From assembly GCA_964016885.1 (NCBI GenBank), contig OZ024746.1:56420001-56484000 (forward strand): DNA of 64,000 nt. The letters run 5' to 3'. Made by a program: the position numbers and the translations under genes. The notes beneath the pieces were generated by a model. It made no database searches, had not been told where the DNA came from, and worked only from the letters and a program-made list of their open reading frames with translations. Shown in pieces: positions 52,655 to 64,000 of the stretch. Numbering within the stretch: position 1 is the stretch's first letter; every line of letters starts with the position of its first letter. Origin of the DNA: Eledone cirrhosa. Its lineage: Eukaryota.

Positions 52655-55600
52655 TAGAACTGATATGCAATGTTACCTGAAGAGTAACCCCAATGAGAAA
52701 GGCTATAGGAAACGGATGCATAACATCTGGAACGAGATTGGTCTATTTAAATTAGATGAACAAAAATTGGCCTCGCAGGCTCGGGTAATAAGAACTAATG
52801 GGTGGATAAGTGAGCTGGAACTGGAGGAACTGAGACAGAGAGATTAGCTTGGAAATGGAGAGTTGAGTATGCCAGGCAAACGAGCCAGTGGGAAATGAAG
52901 GTGAAGAGGTTGAGAGAACGGAGGAACTATCCGAAGCAGACATTGATATGAATGCTGAAATAAATAATACCTGGAACAAAGATACGGCCATTGACGAGAT
53001 TTGGTTGATATGCTAAACTTAGTGGTAGATGAATTGAACAATGATAGCGGGAAACCTATGGACCTAAATTTTGTAGACAGGAAAAAGTTAAAAGAAACAA
53101 CAGCTAAGGTAAACAAAGTCATCCCATACCTTGAGGCGAGGAGCCTTCACCAGTGCAACAATATCCTCAAAGCAACAGCAAATGCGGTGAGGAGATTACT
53201 TGGCATAAAAGTGAGAGGAAACAACAAACAAGAAAGAGCAAAACCTTGGTGGAAGAAACGAGTGAATGGTCAAATCAGGGAAATGAGAAATGACATTGGA
53301 AAGCTTGAGTCGATACTGAATGGGACACTAAAAAAGATAGACACTAAAAATAGACTGGAAATAAAGTACAAAACTAGGAGGAAAAAGCAAACTATTATCA
53401 TAGAGGAACTGAAGCAACGCATTGTAGCGAAGAATGCAAAAATTAGGCGATACGAGAGAATAGTCAGTCAGTATAGACAGAACCGCATGTTCGACAATAA
53501 CCAGAAGATGCTATTTGGACAGCTCGAAGGGAAAGAAAGAGGCAACGACTTGATTCATGAGGCGGAACAAGCTAAGACATTCTGGAGTGGAATATGGGAG
53601 CAGGATGTTCAATATAATGACTAGGCAGTGTGGATTGAGACAGTACAAAAGGAGATTAGTGAACAGGCAGACCGACAAACTGATTTGAGTATCACAGTTG
53701 AAACTCTTAAGGGGCAGGCCAAAAAACTAACCAACTGGAAATCACCAGGCCCAGATGGTGTGCAAGTGTATTGGATTAAAACTATAACATCCCTCCACCC
53801 GAAACTGACAACCATGTTCAATGACTGCTTGATGTCAGGTGAGGTACCAGAGTGGTTGACAAAAGGTACCACAGTTCTGATAATGAAAGACAGAATCAAG
53901 GGTAATGATGTTACCAACTATAGACCTATCACATGTCTGTCCGTAATGTGGAAACTGTTGACAAGCATTATGTCCGAGGAAATAACCCATCACCTCCACA
54001 CAAACAACTTGTTACCGGACGAACAGAAAGGATGCCGAAAGAAGTCCCGTGGTACAAAGGACCAGTTACTTATTGATAAGATGATAATGAGTAAGTGCAA
54101 GAGGAGACACACTGGTCTTGCCATGGGATGGATAGACTACAAAAAGGCATTTGACATGGTGCCTCATTCTTGGATCACCAAAAGACTAGAGATCTACAAG
54201 GTGGCAGATAACATCAGACAGTTGTTGGGCAAAAGTATGAAGTCCTGGAAAACAGAGTTAACATCAGCTGGAGAATCCTTGGGAGGCGTGAAGATCAAGA
54301 GAGGTATCTTTCAGGGAGATAGTCTGTCCCCTCTGTTGTTTGTCTTTGCCCTAATGACCCTGACCAGTGTACTGTGAAAAGTGAGAGCAGGATACAGGTT
54401 GGGAAAGGGAGAGCTTACCATCAATCACCTCCTCTTCATGGACGATCTTAAGCTCTTCGGGAAGCGTGAGAAGGAGTTGGATATACTTGTTGACACTGTC
54501 CGTATTTTCAGCAATGATATATATATGCAATTTGGTATTAGTATGTGTGGAGTCCTTTGAATGAAGACGGGTAAATTGAGCAGAAGCTACGGAATCCAGG
54601 TACCAACAGGTGAGATGATAAAGGAAATTGACACTGAAGAAGGATACAAGTATTTGGGTGTTCTGGAGGCTGATTACATCAAGAGCAAAAAAATGAAGGA
54701 ATTGATAAGATCTGAATACATTCGGAGAGTAAGGAGCATATTAAAGTCACATATGAACAGTAGGAATGACATAAGTGCAGTAAATTCCCGAGCGGTGTCT
54801 ATTATTAGGTACAGTGCGGGAATTCTGAGATGGAATGTTGCTGAACAAGAAGAAATGGATAGGAAGACTAGGAAGCTATTGACTATCTACAACATGTTCC
54901 ACAAGAGGAGTGATGTCGATAGACTCTACTTAAGGAGATCTGAAGATGGAAGAGGTCTTATTAGCATAGAGGACTGTGTTCAGATGGAGAAAAACAACAT
55001 ACACAAATACTTGACTGATAGTAAGGAGCCAATGCGCAGAACTGTACTGAAGGAGGGGACGATAGACCAGCGGATTTCCAAGGAGGAAATAACATCAAGG
55101 AGAAAGAGCAGCCTTAAGGGAAAATCCCTTCATAGTACCTTCTTTGAGAAAAACTGAATTCAGAGATCCACAGACATGGAACTGGTTGAAAAGAGGAGAC
55201 CTTAAAAAGGCTACAGAAGGAATGTTAATGGCTGCGCAAGAGCAGGCCCTCAAAACGAAGTGGTTGAAACACCATATTTACAAGGAGGAGGCTAGCCCAC
55301 AGAGGAGAGAGAGAGGAGATTGTGGCTCACATTGTATCCGAGTGTAAACACCTAGCCCAGACTCACTATAAAGGCTGGAGACATGATGTGATGGGCAGGG
55401 TGATCCACTGGCACCTATGCAAAGTAAAACATTTACCACATTCTGAGAAGTGGTATGAGCATAAGCCAGAGTCGGTGATAGAAAACGATCAGGTGAAGGT
55501 GCTGTGGGATTTAAGGATACAGATGGACAAGAAACTGGAACACAATAGACCTGACCTGGTGGTTGTGGACAAAGAAAAAAGATCGTGCCTGATTGTGGAT

Positions 55601-55938
55601 GTGGCCTGCCCATTCGTCACGAGAGTGCAAGAGAAGGAGAGGGAGAAAATTAACCGATACCAGGACTTAAAGTGGGAGGTAAAAAGGATTTGGAACTGCC
55701 ATGAAGTCAAAGAGGTGCCGATTGTCATAGGCGCATTAGGTACTATCTCAAAAGGTTTCTAGGGATGGTTAAAGAAAATTGGCCCCTTCACGCTTTTTGG
55801 AACGCTTCAAAAGGCATGCTTGCTGGGAACAGCAAGAACCCTCCGATACGTCCAGAATATCTGAGGCTGCAGGTAGTGGCTTGATATTCATTTCAACAAA
55901 CTTTCCAGTTAACTAACATCAATGACTGAGACTCAAAG
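52650..55938 (+). mobile_element. R4/Dong family 1 copy 3, 5' truncated and degenerate
   Basis: Colinear with about 23975-27298; complete 3' UTR followed by (TAA)n and (AAC)n. Confidence 0.92.
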
Positions 55939-57539
55939 AATAATAATAATAATAATAACAACATCAACAACAATATCAACAGCAATAACAGCAACAACAT
56001 CAACAACAACAACAATAATAATAATAACACCAACGACGACGACGACGACAACAACAACAACAACAATAACAATTATAATTATATGGAATGTAAAACACCA
56101 GCTATTTACTATCAATCTAAACAAGCCGATTTATGGGGATCAATTCTTGTCGGAGATCAACAGCGATTGATGAGAAATTCAGAAATAATCTTATATATTT
56201 GATCACAATACTTATTGCTTCAGTAATTGAAATAAATTGTCCGATATATTAGCTTGCATTTTATAAAACTAATGCAGAGACGTCATCACAAGTTTGACTT
56301 ACGATATATCAAAATACTTCATTCTATGAAAACCACTCAGTTTATTGTAAAAATATCCATTAGGAATATTGCATATATCATCAATGTATTGTATAAATAA
56401 ATACCTCCTCTAGCTATGATACTTTCGCCTTTCAACGTCGTCTTAATACTTGTGTAGTTTATAAAAGTAACAATAAGCAACACAAATAACTCTTCCCGCT
56501 CATACGTCTTCAATGACTTTGATCTGTTCACGTTGTACACATGTTGTTGCCTTACTATATTTTTCGGAGTTTTAATAATGAAAGAAACAAAATAAAGCAA
56601 TTTAGACCCAGTAAATATATCAATGTATTGTTATTGGGCTAGCGAACTCGTGCCGTTATTAACGACGTCAGTGGCTTCAAACTTATTAAGGTGATGGAGC
56701 CTATGTCTGGTATGCCATAAGACGTACCAATTGGAAAATTGGAGCTTGAATAAGTTAATGGTCTTCATAAACAAACAATAGACATCAGAGTTCATGGCAA
56801 TTCGAAATGTTTAAAGTTGAGATAGATATTGTGACAATGATTTCAAAGATATAATTAAATAGATGATCAGCATGACCGGATATGTAGAAATATATTAGAA
56901 ATATGGGAGAAATATCTATTTTGAAGGAGAAATGTAGTTTGTAGTGTAGTAAATAACAGAGATATGGAATGCATTGAATGACTGTTTGCGTGTCTAAGTG
57001 ACACTCACATATATACATGCACGCAAACACATGTATACATATATGCATTCATACATATATATAAATGCATAAATTCATACATACATGCATACGTACATAT
57101 ATACATAAAATATATACATGCATACTTACATACATACATATATACATACATACATTGCATAGTCAGGTAACCGCAGATAGAGTCGTAGGGGCGCCGCATT
57201 GCCATGCGGTGTTTCTTGAGCATGTTAAACATGGCGGGGCCAATTTCTCTCCAGCCTGCGTACACAAGATTTCTTCCAGCGAAAGATAGAAAAAGAGGGA
57301 GGAGAAATACGAATGAGATATAGAGGAAGAATCAACCACAGTAAAATACTGATACGTACTATCAGACATTCTAACGATTCTGCCAATTTGCCGCCCATAC
57401 GTACATATATCATACATACATACTCTCGAAAAAAGACATATAAACACCAGTATTAAACAGGAAATTCTGCTTGCTATCAACGGAATTTGATTTTGATACA
57501 ATATGTCTCAAAACTTCTATATTCTGGCAAATTAACATT

Positions 57540-58480
57540 TGTTTATATTCCCTAAGAATGACGGTAAACATTATCTTGATGTCCTGCGAAATTACTTATG
57601 ACATGTACAGAAAAAAACACTAAATAAACTATACTCCTATGCAACGGAGTGATGGAAAAATACAATAGAAAAGAAGTTTGGAGACAATACAAGAGCTCTT
57701 CAATACAAGTTGGTTAACCTCAAATAAGAATTGAGAGCTGTTAGAAGAGTGTGGCTGAAAGGAATATGATTGATAAAAATTTCAGCCGAAACCAAACGTC
57801 AGTCCATAGGGTTATTATGAGGAATTCAATAAATTCCACTGAGGTTCTGTCCCAGAAAAAAATAGATATCATCTGGAGAAATATATGTGGTGAGGAAAAG
57901 AATTTCAAATATGATGCATTGCACCAAAAACAAACAGCATCTCTGATGATAATCTTGAACTCTGAAGGAAAGGTTTCAAGATAAGACAACTCCAGGAAGA
58001 TACTTGATTATCGTTTACTGATAGAAAAACTGACTTTTTCTCGGATGATTCTTACCAACATCTACCAGCATGTTCTCCTGGTAGATAAACATACACCACA
58101 CTGGTTGTCATTAGGAAATACACAAAAAAAAGAAAAAACTACGACATTTTCTTGGCAAAACATTCGCATCCAACTCTATGCCATAATATACTGTATAAAA
58201 TATATACAGCATCTCTGAATCTATTTCTCCAATATCAATGACGATAACAATAACATTACAAATAAACAAACAGCTGGAAGGAAAGGAGTTTAAGTATGTG
58301 CATAGCAACTCTTAATTAACAAAGCCGTGAAACCAGAAGTGCGGTGACATAGGAGCAATTCGGTTACAGACTTGCTGAACTATAGGAAATTATTTGATTC
58401 TGTCCACACTCTTGTATGCTAGAGGCCCTTAGATTGACTAAAATCTTTGATAGCATAATCAGAACCATAATAAAACTACT
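57540..58480 (+). mobile_element. Old degenerate fragment related to R4 family 2
   Basis: ORF 57751-57984 (ERNMIDKNFSRNQTSVHR...IDIIWRNICGEEK) aligns with 7798-8253 (ERKMLNKRFRRNQTSVYR...IDSFWRKIWGEK); decayed FDSV-like codons near 58395. Confidence 0.8.
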
Positions 58481-58939
58481 ATTGCTTTAAGACGGTTACG
58501 TTGTGCAACACATTGCAGGAGAATTAAGCAGGATGTTATACACAAGCTACAGTTATTAACAGCCACCCACAAGAGCCACTTTAAAGGAAGACCTGCTTGA
58601 ATATTCATCGATCAACACTCAGTCAACATAAACCGCAATTGTGAGTAGTTGCCAGGAAGAATAGAAAATCGTGAGATATTTTGTTATGTTGTAGTCTCAG
58701 TGATGATGTTCCTTCTCTGAAAGATAGTAATATCCATACATACTCTCCCTTCTTTTGTGCTGATACATCATTTGCTAAGTAATGTATCGCGTAGTCAGTT
58801 AAATGAACATATGCATCCCCTCTATAGAATACGTTTTGTTATTCTCTAACTAGCTGAAGATATATGAATGTATGTATGTGCCTGTTTGTGTGCATCGTCG
58901 TCGTATATGGTATCTCTCCCTCTCCCTCTTGCTCTCTCT

Positions 58940-59008
58940 CTCTCTGGAGGACCTTCTGGGCTCAGTCCAGAATTAGCCGTCGAAACGGCTTGAGCTCAGC
59001 CGTCGGGG
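58940..59008 (+). ncRNA. Degenerate type I hammerhead motif in a Penelope-like remnant
   Basis: CUCU-CUGGAGGAC...GUC-GAAA-CGGC-UUGAGCUCA-GCCG-UC|GGGG; the core deviates from CUGANGA. Downstream 'tattgagta' is shared with the element at 500-695. Confidence 0.5.
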
Positions 59009-59100
59009 TCTTACTTGTTCCTATTACCCACTCTACTACCCTAAGTATTGAGTATTTTGGTGCGTTATGGTCCACCTGGTTCCTTACCACATTTCCTTTG

Positions 59101-59136
<36 letters not shown>

Positions 59137-59461
59137 ACTCTATATCTTTGATATATTGTTTTTGTTTATGCCACGAAACTACGTAGTCGAGGAATTTAGG
59201 AACAGTTTGGGTATGATACATTTTATTACTAATTATATCTAAATGTTTCTTCTCTCTTCATAATGTATTTTTAACTCTGATACTGGTTCAGTCTGGTTCA
59301 AACTGAATTGGTCTGTCCCAGTCATTCATTGAGCAACATCGGTGAAGTTGGCACCCTTAACTCACAGTTGGGTGCGGATGCATTCATGTATATATGTGTG
59401 TGTCCGCATGTATCTGTGTGTTTCTAAATATATATATATATATATATATATCTATATATAT

Positions 59462-59602
59462 AATTTTAAAGATTCCTGGTAAACTTCGGTTGGACACTTT
59501 CTCATTCGTCTGTGGTGATTGTCAAACTGAAATCAATTTGACAATCGCCACAGACGAATGAGGAAGTTCTCCAACCCAAGTTTACCAGGAATCTTTAAAA
59601 TT
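59462..59602. repeat. Imperfect inverted repeat (about 66-bp arms) next to (TA)n
   Basis: 'aattttaaagattcctggtaaactt...ttgtcaaa' and its reverse complement. Confidence 0.85.
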
Positions 59603-59847
59603 CTTCCCACCGAAGTTAACAAAGAACTTGATAGGTCAACCATCTCATAATATAATAATATCATAAAATTTATGATATAATACCATAAAATTAAATCAAA
59701 TATTTTTTACTACTACATGTGAAATCAATCTTTTCCTTTTTTCAAATATACCTAACTGTACCAAGGATCTCACACATTTTCAAATATATATATATATATA
59801 TATATTTATGTAGAAGGTGAGATTTATTGTCGCACAATAAAGCAATG

Positions 59848-59882
<35 letters not shown>

Positions 59883-60077
59883 ACCACACTTAGATATATC
59901 ATTAGAGTTTATCTCATATTGTCATCTCACCTCTCCACCCATTCTTCTCTCATCATACACACATTTTTCCTACGCAAGTGTGAAGGTCTCTATAGACATA
60001 AATATTCTCACTATCTAATAATATATGAGATATTAATTATTCATGTTTCACGTGATATATGTATATACATATATATA

Positions 60078-60177
<100 letters not shown>

Positions 60178-60200
60178 GTATATATATATATATATTTATA

Positions 60201-60265
<65 letters not shown>

Positions 60266-60294
60266 AGATCAAAATATGGTTAGAGAGTTCCAAG

Positions 60295-60365
60295 TAGTTT
60301 ATTATGCGCATTTCAAAAACAAATATTATCATGGGATGATATCTGCGTTCTCATCAGATAAAATA
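60295..60365 (-). ncRNA. Type I hammerhead ribozyme, second copy of the 1224-1294 family
   Basis: Minus strand: UAUUUUAU-CUGAUGA-GAACGCAGAUAUCAUCCCAUGAUAAUAUUUGUUUUU-GAAA-UGCGCA-UA|AUAAACUA. Confidence 0.78.
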
Positions 60366-60399
60366 GGGATACATGATATGAAACTTAAAAATACACTTG

Positions 60400-60452
<53 letters not shown>

Positions 60453-60684
60453 TCACTGATCGCATTTCGCATTTCGGCGGGTAGAAATTAATGAAACGCA
60501 ATTTCCGAGTTGTGTTGGCAAGCGCTCCATGGACGAAAATAGACCAGAGAAATAAACATGTTATAAAGGCCATATAAACTGAGACAGTGATTAACAAGGT
60601 ATCAACCACCTAACCTAAAAAAAACGAAGCAAGTTAAACGGGTCAAACAATATATATATATATATATGTGTGTCTGCGTGTACA

Positions 60685-60721
<37 letters not shown>

Positions 60722-60806
60722 ATGTGTGTGTGTGTGTGTGCGTTTGTGTAAGTGTGCGTGTGTGTCTGTGTTTGTGTATATATATATACTGTATATATAT
60801 TAATTT

Positions 60807-60888
60807 AAAATATTAATGAATATAGACATTCAATGTAATCAAAATATATATTTTGATTACTTTGAATGTCTATATTTATTAATATTTT
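60807..60888. repeat. AT-rich near-perfect palindrome
   Basis: 'aaaatattaatgaatatagacattcaatgtaatcaaaatat' followed by its reverse complement. Confidence 0.85.
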
Positions 60889-60993
60889 GTATTAATATTA
60901 ATAATTCCAGAAAATGTTTTGGCTGTTTAGTGCTTCTAATCTATTGTAAAACTATATTCATTGATTAATCTATGAACCATGTTTAACTTTTGG

Positions 60994-61096
<103 letters not shown>

Positions 61097-62000
61097 ATTA
61101 TATATATTTATATATATGTTATGTGTGGTGTCTGTATGTAAGTATGAATATACCAGAAAGCATAAAAAGATTGACACGGAACTAATTCACATTTATAATG
61201 TCTGAATATCATTCTTTTCCAAACTCGAAACTTCGGTTCTGTTGCAACTAGATTGCAATATACGCCTTGACGAATTTATCATCATAGAATAAAGTTGTAA
61301 GGAACACGGATAAATCTAGAATCATTTTCTGAACTCTTATACAGTGTACAATTAATTTTCTATGCCATTAACTGCCAAATTCTATTTCTTTTCGTATTCA
61401 GTATTCTTTATTCGACAACGAAATTTTATCAAAGCAGTCTCCTTCCGGTTTTTAAGCTTTGTGAGTTTAGATCCGCGAAATAATAGTGATTAATTTGCCG
61501 AAACAGGACTATTGGTTTTAAAGAGGAATATAGCGATCTTGAAGACAGCTAGAATAGATCACTAAACATTACAATGTGTATTGTTACTGCCAGGCTTCCC
61601 GGATGCCATTCTTTTGCCATTAATCAGTAATGTGGTAGAAGAAGCCAATGAGAGGTGAATTATGAAATTCTATCGCCAGGAAACAGGCAATGATCGTACA
61701 AGGAATAGTAATGGCTATTAGTGCGTGTAATGGGTCTTACCTGGGGGGCTATGCACTGTCCATCATCAGACGGAATTTACAGCTGTGTGTATGTATATAT
61801 GTGTATGTATGTGTTCTATGTGCACGTGCAGGTACTTGCGTACCTGTGAGTGTGTATAATGTGTATTACTGAGGGCAAGAGTTAGTGAGACAGAAAGTCT
61901 AGAATCACTAAAATAGTATGTAAATGCCAATTTACATGAGTAAATGCATCTCACACATCCACACATACAAACAACTACATATACACATGTGTACAAATAT

Positions 62001-62080
<80 letters not shown>

Positions 62081-62127
62081 ATGTCTGTGTTTGTACGTAT
62101 ATATATATATATGTCTGGGTGCGTGCA

Positions 62128-62174
<47 letters not shown>

Positions 62175-62205
62175 ATACACACAAACACACACACATACCC
62201 CCCCC

Positions 62206-62241
<36 letters not shown>

Positions 62242-62657
62242 GTATGTGCTTGTGTATTAATAGTTTTCCATACACATACAAGAATTCGGAAGCGTTTCCC
62301 CTTTTAGCACCTAAATATCGTATGATTTTTAATAGAAATACGTTTAAAATATCTGCATATAACCTACCTAAATTACCTGGCTGTAGTAATATAATCAATC
62401 TTGAACTTAGTTCTAGCTGATATTATATTAATTGTGACCGCTGTCCTCTAGCTACGAAATACTTATCAATCAATATAGTTTATATATATAAGGTTGATAC
62501 AGCCACTACTAATATAGGGACGGAGAAAATCGATTACAATCCATTATGTTACTGGTACTTTATTTTACCGATCGAGAAACTAAGAATAGCAATGTTAAGA
62601 CCAGAACGACAAGGGCTGTACCGTATACTGTAATGCATTTCATCCGACACGTGTAGA

Positions 62658-62808
62658 CAGCTTAGCCGAATGGCGATGGTATTCCCTTTGCAAACATTAC
62701 GTTCTGCGTTCGATCCCAATCTGTGACATCTTTGGCAAGTGGCATATACCACTGATAGCCTCGGTCGACCCATTCTTTCTGGGTGAATTCGGAAGCCCGT
62801 CATATAGA
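62658..62808 (+). mobile_element. Degenerate tRNA-derived CORE-type SINE
   Basis: 'tagccgaatgg' A-box-like, 'gttcgatccc' B-box, 'ttggcaagtg...atagcctcgg...gaagcccgtc'. Confidence 0.55.
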
Positions 62809-63069
62809 GTGTACCTATAATTCAAACGGCCAGGCTTGTCATATACTGCTTCACAGTAAATTTTGCTCCGAACTATGTTAGGAGTACACGTGCCTATGGA
62901 ATGCTCAGTCACTTATTTCACAAGTAAGTCGTTTCTTTAATTGTACAACTGAAACACTCATCATCATATTCCAGCACCGTTTATACATGGACTCTTATTC
63001 ATTTCGATATATTTTGAGAAGGACTATGATTTCACCTTCGGCCTATATCTGGAGTTTAAACACAATAAT

Positions 63070-63257
63070 TGCTTCTACTTTTGGCACAAGGCCAGCAATT
63101 AATCCAGTGCATTACTGGTACTTTATTTAATTGACCCCGTAAGGATGAAAGGCAAAGTTAACTTCGGCGGGATTTGAACTCAGATCATAGAGGTCCGTAA
63201 CTCTATGCTGCAAAGCAAGGCGCCCGACTCTCTACTGATACTATTAATCCAGCGCCC
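63070..63257 (-). mobile_element. tRNA-derived SINE (same family as 1716-2110) with a 15-bp target-site duplication
   Basis: Reverse complement aligns with 1918-2110; 'tttaaacacaataat' at 63055-63069 and 63293-63307. Confidence 0.85.
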
Positions 63258-64000
63258 TTTTTAAACAGAATTATTATTGTTTAAACCTGAATTTTAAACA
63301 CAATAATATCAGATATTCAGATATAAGTAATACTGATAGATTCTAGCTGTATTGTTGTTCTAATTACTTTATTGTCTAGATTTTGCCAGAAAAGAGCTCG
63401 AAACAAACACCAATTTTATTTGTGATACGGCGAAACATGGACTACATATTATAATGTGTCCTTTATAACACTCTTTGATTTTATTAAACTAAATTGTTTA
63501 TTTTACATTCTTTATATTGAACTATATATTTTAAGCCACGATCTTAAGCCCGTTATTTCATTATATTATGTTACATTCAATGCTAGTGTTATTATTTAAT
63601 GCATACAAATAGTTTTATTAGCTTCAACTTTATATTATAATCATAGACTATACCTGCTTGTAAAGCTGCAGTTTGTAACGTGTGTTATTTCAAAGGAATT
63701 TAGCTGTTTGTTTGTTTTTCTTTTGTTTGGTTTTTTAATATTTTTTTTAGTAGGTAGAGCGTCGTGTTAGAGGCAGAGAGTCACATTCGTTGGTTTGCGT
63801 TTCGCTTCGTTAATGCAAATAAAGTTGAATCTCATATTTATTGTTCTCTCGCTATAAAACATGCTTAATTAATAAATCAGATTTTAGAATAAAACTTTAA
63901 AACATGATACGTGCACATCTGCCAGTGAAATACGTGTTTAGGGCATTAATTTTATTCAACAGCTAGAAACCTATCATGAAACCATTCCGAAGAAGAAAAG

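Noticed and set aside
57170-57290. GC-richer patch translating to PAMFNMLKKHR (reminiscent of flavivirus capsid FNMLK) or a possible exon
   Set aside because: Too short, with no extension of similarity and no convincing splice-site pair.

Overview
AT-rich, microsatellite-dense animal DNA. The SINE and repeat content suggests an octopus-like cephalopod, which is an inference. No host gene could be supported; almost everything recognisable is retroelement. The main structure is a ~32 kb array (about 23.7-56.0 kb) of seven non-LTR retrotransposon copies. Three R4/Dong-clade copies (RT plus restriction-like endonuclease) lie on the + strand. Four Tx1/L1-clade copies (gag-like ORF1 plus APE-RT ORF2) lie on the - strand. 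Every internal junction is a (TAA)n tract, and all Tx1 junctions fall in the same register. Outside the array are: a second R4-clade family sitting in (CATA)n/(TATG)n; stacked short non-autonomous elements with (TATG)n tails and a possible HDV-like 5' ribozyme; tRNA-derived SINEs whose 3' end resembles the Tx1 3' end; and several Penelope-like hairpin remnants in (TA)n, some carrying intact type I hammerhead ribozyme motifs. Family names come from motif recognition, not database searches. Similarity statements are by eye, and element boundaries inside microsatellites are approximate.
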